Shown: positions 10,055 to 19,153 of the stretch, one piece after another
Position numbering within the stretch: position 1 is the first letter of the stretch
Layout of the letters: the number at the start of each line of letters is the position of its first letter
From: Candidatus Latescibacterota bacterium
Lineage (GTDB): Bacteria; Latescibacterota; UBA2968
Assembly: GCA_965207885.1 (NCBI GenBank)
Contig: OZ242311.1
Location: 4,864,001 to 4,928,000 of the forward strand
Direction of reading: 5' to 3'
DNA length: 64,000 nt
Program-made: the position numbers and the translations under genes
Notes under the pieces: generated by a model
Told to the model about the DNA's origin: nothing
Databases searched by the model: none
What the model saw: the letters and a program-made list of their open reading frames with translations, nothing else

Positions 10055-10468
10055 CTATTTAAATATTTCCAATCTGCGATAATCGCGCCCAATGATGACG
10101 GTGACTTCCTCAATGCGAAAAGGATCGGGTGTTTTTTGCTGGATCACATTGGGCGTGCCGAGTACATCGGCGACTTGTTTGGCATATTCTATTTTGCCCA
10201 GGCGATCTATGACAATGGTTTCGGGAAAGTTGAAATTTTCAGCATTGCCCAGGGTCATGACATCTATGCCAAAATCGCGCAGTTTTTGCCCGACCTCGGT
10301 TGCAATGCCGCCTGTACCACAGCCATTGAGAATTTCAACGCGAATATTGTGAGAGACCTGGGGTGCTTCGGGCACGACATCAGGTGCTGTTTGCGGTTCC
10401 CAAAAAGCTTTTGTCGCAAAGACCAGGCCGGCGATAATAAGGCAGCCGAGAACCCATAACCATTTCAT
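10055..10468 (-). CDS. LytR C-terminal domain-containing protein
   Basis: TM helix then VEILNGCGTGGIA ... GNA ... VTVIIGRDY. Start moved to ATG 10468 because the longer ORF-track start lies in a terminator U-tract. Confidence 0.8.
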   Translation of the reverse strand: MKWLWVLGCLIIAGLVFATKAFWEPQTAPDVVPEAPQVSHNIRVEILNGCGTGGIATEVGQKLRDFGIDVMTLGNAENFNFPETIVIDRLGKIEYAKQVADVLGTPNVIQQKTPDPFRIEEVTVIIGRDYRRLEIFK

Positions 10469-10500
10469 ATTGGCCAATATAACAATAAAAAAAACAATAA

Positions 10501-10545
10501 AAAGAGAAAAAAAAAGAGACGCCAACCTTATGCGGTGGCGCCCTT
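10501..10545 (-). terminator. Intrinsic terminator after the 10565-11032 gene
   Basis: Minus strand GGCGCCACC-gcataa-GGTTGGCGTC followed by a long U-tract. Confidence 0.65.
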
Positions 10546-10564
10546 ATCTGTTCAGGTCAGTTCT

Positions 10565-11032
10565 TTAATAACGTCTGTACCTGTCGTTGTAATAATAGGG
10601 ATAGCCATAGCCATTGAAGGTGCTGAATTCAAATTCGATGCGAATATTGGGTTTGGGCTGATACAAAAGACTGACATTGGGAACGACGACTTGAACACCA
10701 CCCGATGAGGTCGAACCGTAACGCGTATTGCCCGACATTTGATTGACCAGACCAACTTGCGCTCTGACGATGAGCGGTTTGGATATCTGATAGGTGATGT
10801 CGTTGAGATAATACTGGTTCAGGCCTCCGCCGTATCCCGAACTGTAACTGATTCCAATGGTGTGGTTAAATTTGAGCTTTTTCAGGTCGAACAAACCGCT
10901 GGTGGTTTTTAACCCGTTCACGAGGTTTTCACCTGCGAGTGGGATTTTGTTTTGCGGCTGAATGCCAATTTCTGCCCGTGCCTGCGTCGCAATCAAGGCT
11001 ACAACTGCAAGTGTAGAAATCCATTTGCACAT
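10565..11032 (-). CDS. Secreted hypothetical protein
   Basis: Signal peptide (ATQARA), beta-strand-rich body, Tyr-rich C-terminus; AAAGGGGG RBS. Confidence 0.7.
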   Translation of the reverse strand: MCKWISTLAVVALIATQARAEIGIQPQNKIPLAGENLVNGLKTTSGLFDLKKLKFNHTIGISYSSGYGGGLNQYYLNDITYQISKPLIVRAQVGLVNQMSGNTRYGSTSSGGVQVVVPNVSLLYQPKPNIRIEFEFSTFNGYGYPYYYNDRYRRY

Positions 11033-11160
11033 ATGTAAAACCCCCTTTCCGTTATGAACAGGATACGGAAACTGAGATGAGATGTCAAGTGTTCTGTTTT
11101 CTTAGACACCTGAGTATATCTTTATGTTCCATAGTGGTTAATGTATGTCGTTCGCTGTTA

Positions 11161-12282
11161 TTACGCCTTGTCCATCAACTTAGCAAATTCGTCGAAGAGA
11201 TAATCGGCATCGTGCGGGCCAGCGGAGGCTTCGGGGTGGTATTGGACGGAGAAGGCGGGTAGTTCGCGGTGGCGCAGGCCTTCGAGGGTGTTGTCATTGA
11301 GGTTGATGTGGGTGAGTGCTACGACTTCCCGGTCGAGGGTGTTGAGATCGACGCAGAAACCGTGATTTTGTGCGGTGATTTCGACTTTCCCCGTGCTGGC
11401 GTGTTGCACGGGCTGGTTGGCACCCCGGTGGCCAAATTTGAGTTTGTACGTTTTTCCACCCAGTGCCAGGCCGAGAAGCTGATGGCCCAGGCATATTCCA
11501 AAGGTGGGGCGTTCGCGGATCAATTTGCGGATGTTTTCGACCGCATAAGTCACGGGTTCTGGATCGCCCGGGCCGTTGGATAAAAAGATGCCATCGGGAT
11601 CAATTTCGAGGAGTTGCTCTGCGGGTGTATCGGCGGGAAAAACAGTTACATCGCAGCCGCGGTCAATGAGGTAGCGCAAGATGTTGTGTTTGATGCCAAA
11701 GTCGTAAGCCGCCACGCGGTATTTGGCTTTTTGCTTAAGATGTCTGGTCTGGCCGATTTTGAGATCGCAAAGACCCTCGGCCCAGTGATAAGGTTCTGTG
11801 CAGGTGACGTTTTGCACGAGGTCACGGCCAATTAGGCCGGGAAAGTCTCGCGCTTTTTGAACGAGGCTGTCAGAATCGAGATCGATGGTTGAAAGCACGC
11901 CTTTCATTGCGCCTTGACGGCGGATATGCCGCACGAGGGCGCGGGTGTCAATGCCCTCAATGCCGGGTATATCGTGTTCTTTTAGAAAGTCGCCGAGGGC
12001 AATGGTCGATCGCCAATTGCTGGGGTATGGACAGTATTCTTTGACTATAAAGCCAGAGACCTGGGGTTTTTGAGATTCAAAGTCGGATGGGTTGATGCCG
12101 TAGTTGCCAATGAGTGGATAGGTCATGGTTACGATCTGGCTGTTATAAGACGGGTCTGTGAGGATTTCCTGATAGCCCGTCATGCTGGTGTTGAAGACAA
12201 CTTCTCCTTCGCATTCGGCTTCTGTGCCAAAGGATTTGCCTTTGAAAATGGTGCCGTCTTCCAATGCGAGAATCGCTTCCAT
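11161..12282 (-). CDS. carA: Carbamoyl-phosphate synthase small subunit
   Basis: [49 protein letters not shown]. Confidence 0.97.
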   Translation of the reverse strand: MEAILALEDGTIFKGKSFGTEAECEGEVVFNTSMTGYQEILTDPSYNSQIVTMTYPLIGNYGINPSDFESQKPQVSGFIVKEYCPYPSNWRSTIALGDFLKEHDIPGIEGIDTRALVRHIRRQGAMKGVLSTIDLDSDSLVQKARDFPGLIGRDLVQNVTCTEPYHWAEGLCDLKIGQTRHLKQKAKYRVAAYDFGIKHNILRYLIDRGCDVTVFPADTPAEQLLEIDPDGIFLSNGPGDPEPVTYAVENIRKLIRERPTFGICLGHQLLGLALGGKTYKLKFGHRGANQPVQHASTGKVEITAQNHGFCVDLNTLDREVVALTHINLNDNTLEGLRHRELPAFSVQYHPEASAGPHDADYLFDEFAKLMDKA

Positions 12283-12295
12283 GAATGTCTTTCCT

Positions 12296-13567
12296 TTAGT
12301 GTTTGTACGTCACTCGACCACCCAGTATCGTCATTGTAGCCCGGCCTTTTAATGACCATCCGTGAAAGGGCGTGTTGCGCGATTTGGATTTGAACTGATT
12401 GGCATCTACAATCCATTCGAGATTGGGATTGATGACTGTAATATCGGCGGGTTTGCCGAGGGAGAGGTTGCCGCCTTCAATGCCGAGGATGCGCGCGGGT
12501 TCTATTGTGAGTTTGGCAATTGTATCTAAGAGGGGGAGCAGATTGGTGTGGACGAGTTTGGTGAATATGACGCCGACAGCGGTTTCGAGTCCGAGTATGC
12601 CATTGGGTGCATTGGTAAATGCACCCAATTTTTCTTTGGTCGTATGTGGCGCATGGTCTGTGGCGAGTGCGTCAATAGTGCCGTCCTGTAAGCCTGCGAT
12701 CACAGCTTCCCGGTCTTCGCTGGAGCGAAGTGGCGGACTCATTTTGCCAGCCGTGCCGAGTACGCGCACGTCTTCATCGGTCAAGGCAATGTGATGGGGA
12801 GAGGCTTCGCAGGTGACGGGCAAGCCCTCTGCTTTGGCTTTCCGCACGAGTTCGGCGGCGCGTTTGACACTGAGGTGCAGGATGTGGAGACGCCCCCGGG
12901 TTTGGCGCACGAGCTCGATGTCGCGCGCGTTCATGGCGGCTTCGCCTTCGGCGGGCATGCCCTTCAGGCAGAGTTCGCGGGAGGCCGTGCCTTCGTGCAT
13001 GTGTCCGCCACGCGTGAGTTCAAAGACTTCGGAGTGAGGATAAACCGCAAAATCATTGGCGGCCGCGCGCTCCAAAAGTTGGCGCATTAGAGCTTCGGAT
13101 TCAATGGGGAGGCCGTCGTCGGAAAATCCAACAGCCCCTGCTTTGAGCAGGGCATCGGTGTCGGTGAGTTTTTCGCCCTGCATTTTTTCGGTTGCACAGG
13201 CAATGGGATACACGCGGGCATCTGCCGATTTTGCCTGTTGGGCGATGTATTGGACAATTTCTGGATTGTCCATCGTCGGTTCTGTATTGGGCAAACAGGC
13301 GACAGATGTGAAGCCTCCGGCAGCAGCGGCTTCACATCCGGTTTTGATGGTTTCTTTTTCTGGAAAGCCCGGATCGCGCAGGTGGACGTGCATATCGATG
13401 AGGCCGGGTACGACGATTTGGCCTGAGACATCGATGGCTTTGACACTTGCGACGATATGCGGTTCAATACGCGCGATGTGACCGCGCTGGATGAGCAGAT
13501 CGGCGATTTCCTCGCGGTTGTTAGCCGGGTCGAGGATGCGACCGTTTTTGAGCAGGAGTTCGGACAT
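12296..13567 (-). CDS. pyrC: Dihydroorotase (type I)
   Basis: [42 protein letters not shown]. Confidence 0.95.
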   Translation of the reverse strand: MSELLLKNGRILDPANNREEIADLLIQRGHIARIEPHIVASVKAIDVSGQIVVPGLIDMHVHLRDPGFPEKETIKTGCEAAAAGGFTSVACLPNTEPTMDNPEIVQYIAQQAKSADARVYPIACATEKMQGEKLTDTDALLKAGAVGFSDDGLPIESEALMRQLLERAAANDFAVYPHSEVFELTRGGHMHEGTASRELCLKGMPAEGEAAMNARDIELVRQTRGRLHILHLSVKRAAELVRKAKAEGLPVTCEASPHHIALTDEDVRVLGTAGKMSPPLRSSEDREAVIAGLQDGTIDALATDHAPHTTKEKLGAFTNAPNGILGLETAVGVIFTKLVHTNLLPLLDTIAKLTIEPARILGIEGGNLSLGKPADITVINPNLEWIVDANQFKSKSRNTPFHGWSLKGRATMTILGGRVTYKH

Positions 13568-13591
13568 TAGAAAGGTTGTAAATATCCTCTC

Positions 13592-14893
13592 TCAATCTGC
13601 GAAAACGGATTCGGGTACGCGGTCGCGGTAAGCTTCGATGGGCGGTAGATTGCCGTCGGCTTCGGTTTCGAGGGCACGTAGTCCGGTGAGGATTTCGAGG
13701 TCGTCGCGGATGTCGGCCTGTGCCAGATAGGCTTCAGAGGCTTCGACTTCACCCAGGTCGAGCGTGTTGGGGATCCAGAGTACGCGGGCGTCTTCTGGCG
13801 CGATGAGGCCAACGGATTCGAGGGCGATGTCGAGGACTTCGGCGTCTGTGTCGCAGTGCAGCGGGACCGCCCCTGCTGAAACGTGTTGCCCGGTGATGAC
13901 GTTGGTATAGGTGGCGTGATAGTCGATTTTATCGACGAGACGCCGGGTGGCAAATTCGGCCATGCCGATGCCGGTGGCGTTTCCGTGCGTGGCTTCGGTG
14001 AGGTCGCGCACAAAGATGCGCAAGACGCGCGGGGTTTCGTCGCCCATTGCGCGGCGGTCATTGCGTTTGCGTCCGATGACGTTGGTGTCCATGCCCGAGC
14101 CGGAGATGTTTTTGCCCATTTCGTCGATGATGAGGAGATCGACATCATCGAAGGGAAGTGAGGGGCACCACTCTTTGGATTTGGCTTGAAGTACTTTTTC
14201 GCGTTCTTCAAAGTCTGCCGCGGGAATGGCTTCGATACGTGCGGTTTCGTCATAGCCGTTTTCAAGAGTGGCTACGCCAAAGGTGATGGGCATTTCCTCG
14301 CGCACGACTTTGCCGACTAAGCGCACGATTTTGTCAAAGGAATGGTGGATGATGGCGCGGTGATATACCGAGGCGCCTTTGTGTTTGCCGAGGCCAATGA
14401 GCATCATTTTCATCAGCCCGCTTTCAATTTCGCCGGCAAATCCCGTATGCGGTTTGATGCGGTTGACCACAATGACGTGATCGGCTTCGGATGCGTGTTT
14501 GTCAAAGTAGATGGGCATGCCAAAATCCGATACGCCGATCTGGACGACGTCCATCGACGATTTGATTGGACATTCCATTGTGCCTTCGGTGATGCCATAT
14601 CCGGCCAGGACCTGGATTTGTCCCTCGGCTGTGCCCCCGCCGTGCGATCCCATTGCGGGCACGATGTAGGGAACAGCGCCAATGGCTTTCATTTCTTCGA
14701 CGATGGTTTTGATGATGGTGTCGATGTTGGCGACGCCGCGGCTGCCCGCGGTTATGGCGACGGTTTGACCGGGTTTAATCACACAACTGGGATTGATGCT
14801 GGCGATTTCATCGCGCACAGTACCGGCGATGTCATCGACGCGAGGAGCGTCGAAGTGCTGGCGAATGCGGAACATTTGAGGGTAAGTCGGCAT
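13592..14893 (-). CDS. Lactate racemase (LarA)-like/DUF362-type protein
   Basis: TAGSRGVANI, VPAMGSHGGGTAEGQ, NRIKPHT, ESGLMKM, GKNISGSGMDTNVIG. Confidence 0.7.
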   Translation of the reverse strand: MPTYPQMFRIRQHFDAPRVDDIAGTVRDEIASINPSCVIKPGQTVAITAGSRGVANIDTIIKTIVEEMKAIGAVPYIVPAMGSHGGGTAEGQIQVLAGYGITEGTMECPIKSSMDVVQIGVSDFGMPIYFDKHASEADHVIVVNRIKPHTGFAGEIESGLMKMMLIGLGKHKGASVYHRAIIHHSFDKIVRLVGKVVREEMPITFGVATLENGYDETARIEAIPAADFEEREKVLQAKSKEWCPSLPFDDVDLLIIDEMGKNISGSGMDTNVIGRKRNDRRAMGDETPRVLRIFVRDLTEATHGNATGIGMAEFATRRLVDKIDYHATYTNVITGQHVSAGAVPLHCDTDAEVLDIALESVGLIAPEDARVLWIPNTLDLGEVEASEAYLAQADIRDDLEILTGLRALETEADGNLPPIEAYRDRVPESVFAD

Positions 14894-14920
14894 GGTTTAT
14901 CCTCCTGTTGTGAGTTGCTA

Positions 14921-16081
14921 TCACATGGATTCTTCGTAAAGGGCGATTACGTCTTTTATCGTCGTTTTGCGCGGGTTGACCTGAATATTGCCGCTTTTCA
15001 TCGCGTCTTCAGCCATGACATGGATGCCTTCGGCTTTTGCACCGGCTTCGCCCAATGTGGCGGGAATACCCACGTCGTCGGATAGGTTTTGCACGGCTTC
15101 AACGGCGAGAACAGATGCGTCAACAGCGCCCAATCCATTGACATCTTCGCCCATGGCGGCGGCGATGTCGGCGAATTTTTCCGGGCAGGCATAGCGATTG
15201 TAGGTCATGATGCGAGTGAGCAAGATCGAGTTGGCAATGCCGTGTGGTACGCCGTAGTGACCGCCGACTGGATGTGACATGGCATGTACGTTTCCCAGGC
15301 GCGTTTGTGAGAATGCGAACCCGGCCATGGTGCTGCCGATGATCATGTTTTGCGTGGCCTCGTGGTTGTGGTCGCTGTACGCGGCTTGTCGCAAATTTTG
15401 CGAGATGAGGCGGATGGCGTGCAGGGCCATGCCTTCGGAGATGGGGTTGGACATTAGAGACACATAGGATTCAATGGCGTGTGTCAATGCATCCATTCCG
15501 GTCGCTGCGGCTATGGGCAGTGGCAATGCGACGGCCATATCGGCATCGAGAATGCCCACATCGGGAATGACATAGGGACCTGAGACGGTGCCTTTGAAGT
15601 GGTTGTCGTCGGTAATGACGGCAAAGGGCGTGACTTCGCTGGCTGTGCCATAGGTGGTGGGGACGCACAGGAGAAAGGGGATGGGACCGGGAACGGGTTT
15701 TTCGCCGATAAAATAATCGGTGATTTTTCCCCCGTGATTGACGAGTACGCCCGAGGTTTTTGCCACGTCCATCGAGGATCCCCCACCAATGGCGAGCAGG
15801 AAGTCGCAATTTTCCGACTGGTATTGCGCGGCACAATCCTCGACGTTGCGAATGGGGGGATTGGGTTCAACGCCGTCGTAGATGCTGTAGGCTATGTGCG
15901 ATTTGTCGAGTATTTCTGTAACGCGTGCGACAACGCCGGCCTGGACGAGGCCCCTGTCGGTTACGATTTGTGCCTTTTTCACCTGCTGTTCGTTCAAAAT
16001 TTGGGGGATGTTGCCAATAGTCCCTCGCCCCATGATGAGGCGCGTGGGACCGTAATAACTAAAGTGATCTTGAAACGCCAC
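14921..16081 (-). CDS. Iron-containing alcohol dehydrogenase
   Basis: VEPNP, GGGSSMDVAK, PTTYGTASEVT, GMDALTHAIE, HAMSH...HGIAN; GTG start after GAGGAG. Confidence 0.92.
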   Translation of the reverse strand: MAFQDHFSYYGPTRLIMGRGTIGNIPQILNEQQVKKAQIVTDRGLVQAGVVARVTEILDKSHIAYSIYDGVEPNPPIRNVEDCAAQYQSENCDFLLAIGGGSSMDVAKTSGVLVNHGGKITDYFIGEKPVPGPIPFLLCVPTTYGTASEVTPFAVITDDNHFKGTVSGPYVIPDVGILDADMAVALPLPIAAATGMDALTHAIESYVSLMSNPISEGMALHAIRLISQNLRQAAYSDHNHEATQNMIIGSTMAGFAFSQTRLGNVHAMSHPVGGHYGVPHGIANSILLTRIMTYNRYACPEKFADIAAAMGEDVNGLGAVDASVLAVEAVQNLSDDVGIPATLGEAGAKAEGIHVMAEDAMKSGNIQVNPRKTTIKDVIALYEESM

Positions 16082-16185
16082 GAGCAAACTCCTCTGCGAT
16101 TTTTATTCTTCCGATAGTAGCTAAAAAAAGAAAATGGTTTTTGATGGTGTTGTCAATGACATAAAAACACACCCGTGGCGTTGGT

Positions 16186-19140
16186 TTAGAACGATGTGCC
16201 GACGCGGACATAGTAGCCGACGCCTTCTGGATCGGTGAATCGGTATGCCACGCCGAGGCGATAGCGGATTGCTGAATAGAGGACGTAATAGTCGATGATA
16301 ATCTCGGTGCCAGCCGAGAGGAGTGGGCGCGACTGCGATGTGTCGCGCCCATAGGTGTTGGCGGCGTCGGCGAAGAATGTCCAGAAGATGCGGTTGTAGT
16401 GTATCGGCCACGCCCGCAGGCCGCGATTCTCCAATGCGAGGGGGGCGCGGTATTCCAAGGATGCGGACCAGGCGTGCTGTCCCGACCGCGTAGATGTATC
16501 GTATCCTCGTGCCGGGAAAGTGATCGACTCAGCGCCTCCGATGTCGAAGTAGCTGTTGTCGCTGCCCGGTCCCCGAGATGCACCAGCACTCGCGCGCAGT
16601 GCCAGCACGGGTGCTGCGAATTGGCGGCCCGGAAACCAGTGTGGCAGTCTCGCGTAGGTCCTGATGGTGCCTCTAATGTCATTGACTGAGTGGTCATTTG
16701 AGGCGCGGGAGAGGTCGTGGCGCCGCCTGACGCGGACGGAGAACGATGTGCCGGTCGCCGGTCCCATCTGAAAGGCGGATGAGCGCGCATTGGTGGCGGA
16801 GAAACGCACCGATAGTTCGCCCAGGGTGCTGCGCGGATCGTCGAGTTGAAAGCGATGGGTTTTTCGTAGCGCAGAGTCCAGTACTTGTCGATCCTCTCGC
16901 ACGAGTCCGCCGGAGACTGTGAGTGAGACACTGCTTCGCGCCTTTGGCTTTACCAGCGTCATTGATCCTGAGGCGCGGCGTTGCCGCTCGAGGACGAAGA
17001 AGGTTTCGGTTGGGGCATCGGTACTCTCCCGGTATAATCTGGCACCGTCTTCGTCCCAATTCTGCGATAGCGATAACCCGAGCGAGGGGTTCCCCAAGCC
17101 GTAGTAGCGGTACGACAAATTGCCCGTTGCTCTTCCGGTGGAAGAGGATTTAACTGGCAGGAAAATACGAGCACCGATTTCGTATTCGTGCCGGCGTACG
17201 AGGTCGATCCCGGAGGTGCGAGCGCCGATGGATGTGCCGAGTACTTTGGTGCGAGGTATTGCCGTTTCTCCCTTGCGGTGCGCGGGTACTGCGATAGGGA
17301 CATCCCATACGGGTATCCAGTAGTAGGGACGCAGGGTCTCAAGCGGCGAGTAGGCGCGCACCTGTCCCTCAGCGAGTCTGCGTGTTCTGTTGGCGACCTC
17401 GATGTGCGTCGAGTCCGCGCGAGTCGCGGGTGGTGCCGCAATGGGATTGAATGGAATCCGTTCGATCTCCCAGCCATTGACGTGGTAAGCTGAGAAGTAG
17501 AGCCAGCGGCCAGACGGATCGACGTTTGGGTACGCCGCCCCTGTGCGGAGATTGGTCAGCATGACGGGGGGCGAGACTTGCCCGTTATCGACTTGTGCCG
17601 CGAGTATGTTCGGGATGCCGCTACGGTCAGATGCCCAGACCAGCCACTGCCCGTTGACACTCCATGAGGGAGCGAAGTCGAGGGCGCGGTCATGGGTTAC
17701 TTCGCAGACGAGTTTGCCGTGTGCATCGAGGAGGACGATGTCGTGGTGCCCTTGAGTCCAGCGGGTCGCCGCAATCCAGCGGCCATTGGGTGAGATTGCC
17801 GGGTACGCCCAGTGGATATCCGGGTCGGGAGGGACCAGCATTTCGGTCGCGCCGTTGCTGAGATTGATCCGCGCCAGCCCGCTGGTTCCCCCACCTTCGG
17901 CGACTGCGACTGCCCAGCCTGTGGGGCTGACCGATGGAGCGGTTAAGCGTGCGCGAGTTGTTATGCGTCGCACATCACTGCCCGGCGTTACGCGGTAGAG
18001 ATCTCTAAACCTGCGATAGCGACCGGCAAATTCATATTGCGCGAAGACGATGTCTCCATTGGGGATGAAGGCAAATGTGGTGCTGCCGTTGGTCAGGGTT
18101 ACGGTCGATTCACCACTGCCATCTAATCTGGTTGATACCAGTTTGGCATCTGACCGTCCATCTGATCGGATGTAGTACAGTGTTTTGCCATCGGGCGATA
18201 CTTTTGGGTGGTACGCATAGCGGGCACCGCGGGTTATCGTCTGTGGCTCGGTGATTGCACCGAATTTGGCGAGGCGGGTGTCCAGTTCCGCCGCCGCTGT
18301 TCGCTGTGTGTCTGCCCACGCTTTCCACTCGCTCGTCAAGGTGGCGCCAAAGGCGCTGCGACCTGCGGCATCGAGGCGGTAGGGTATCCACTGTTTTTCC
18401 ACTGCTTCGACGAAGGCTATCATGCGGTCACGTCCGTATTTTTGTATCAGGTGCTCGAAGAAGAGCGATCCGTAAGCGTAAGCACGGGTGCCTCCCGGCC
18501 ACTGGGGTGAGTTGCCACCCGCCTGGTCGATGGACTCAAACCGTCCTTCGAGATCCGCTGTTCGCAGGATCATTTTGTGGAATGTGCCATGAACGCGCCC
18601 GGTGCCAGTCAGTGCAGATTCGTACCAGACGGCAATGCCTTCCCGCACCCACCGCGGGGTGGCACCTGCGGGAAATGATAAGAAAGGTACTGGCACTTTC
18701 CCAAAGGGCTTGTGCAACAAGCTATAGCGGCCCGGGCGGTCAATGTGGAAGATGTGCGTCAGTTCGTGTACGATGACGTTTTCCAGCCGATCGTTGTAAT
18801 AAGCGCGTCCGAAGGAGTCGATAGGTGGGCGGGCGTAGATGGTGATTCGGTTCGAGGGCCACACACCCGCGAAGCCATTCGAGACGTCGATGTGATCGGT
18901 TAGTACAAGGTCGATTTTCCCGCGTGGCGCGTCGATGAACTGTTCGGATAGCCGGGCATACGCCCATTCTGCGCGCTCCGCTGCCCTGCGTCCCAGACCT
19001 TCGAGATCCGCGGGAAAAGTGACGCGGAAATGTGCTGTATCGAGCGTGCGCCACGATTCGTCCGGCGCAATGCGTTGCGCCGATGCAGACGCCGTGCATA
19101 AGGTGATGATGGTGAGTAGCACTTTTATTCTTGCACCCAT
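16186..19140 (-). CDS. Outer-membrane protein: gluzincin-like metallopeptidase + PD40/TolB-like propeller + Omp85-like barrel
   Basis: Signal peptide, HELTH...EGIA zinc motif, repeated P.(V/I/W)SP.G blades, FPARGY barrel motif, terminal aromatic residue (VRVGTSF). Confidence 0.7.
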   Translation of the reverse strand: MGARIKVLLTIITLCTASASAQRIAPDESWRTLDTAHFRVTFPADLEGLGRRAAERAEWAYARLSEQFIDAPRGKIDLVLTDHIDVSNGFAGVWPSNRITIYARPPIDSFGRAYYNDRLENVIVHELTHIFHIDRPGRYSLLHKPFGKVPVPFLSFPAGATPRWVREGIAVWYESALTGTGRVHGTFHKMILRTADLEGRFESIDQAGGNSPQWPGGTRAYAYGSLFFEHLIQKYGRDRMIAFVEAVEKQWIPYRLDAAGRSAFGATLTSEWKAWADTQRTAAAELDTRLAKFGAITEPQTITRGARYAYHPKVSPDGKTLYYIRSDGRSDAKLVSTRLDGSGESTVTLTNGSTTFAFIPNGDIVFAQYEFAGRYRRFRDLYRVTPGSDVRRITTRARLTAPSVSPTGWAVAVAEGGGTSGLARINLSNGATEMLVPPDPDIHWAYPAISPNGRWIAATRWTQGHHDIVLLDAHGKLVCEVTHDRALDFAPSWSVNGQWLVWASDRSGIPNILAAQVDNGQVSPPVMLTNLRTGAAYPNVDPSGRWLYFSAYHVNGWEIERIPFNPIAAPPATRADSTHIEVANRTRRLAEGQVRAYSPLETLRPYYWIPVWDVPIAVPAHRKGETAIPRTKVLGTSIGARTSGIDLVRRHEYEIGARIFLPVKSSSTGRATGNLSYRYYGLGNPSLGLSLSQNWDEDGARLYRESTDAPTETFFVLERQRRASGSMTLVKPKARSSVSLTVSGGLVREDRQVLDSALRKTHRFQLDDPRSTLGELSVRFSATNARSSAFQMGPATGTSFSVRVRRRHDLSRASNDHSVNDIRGTIRTYARLPHWFPGRQFAAPVLALRASAGASRGPGSDNSYFDIGGAESITFPARGYDTSTRSGQHAWSASLEYRAPLALENRGLRAWPIHYNRIFWTFFADAANTYGRDTSQSRPLLSAGTEIIIDYYVLYSAIRYRLGVAYRFTDPEGVGYYVRVGTSF

Positions 19141-19153
19141 CCTCAATCTCTTA

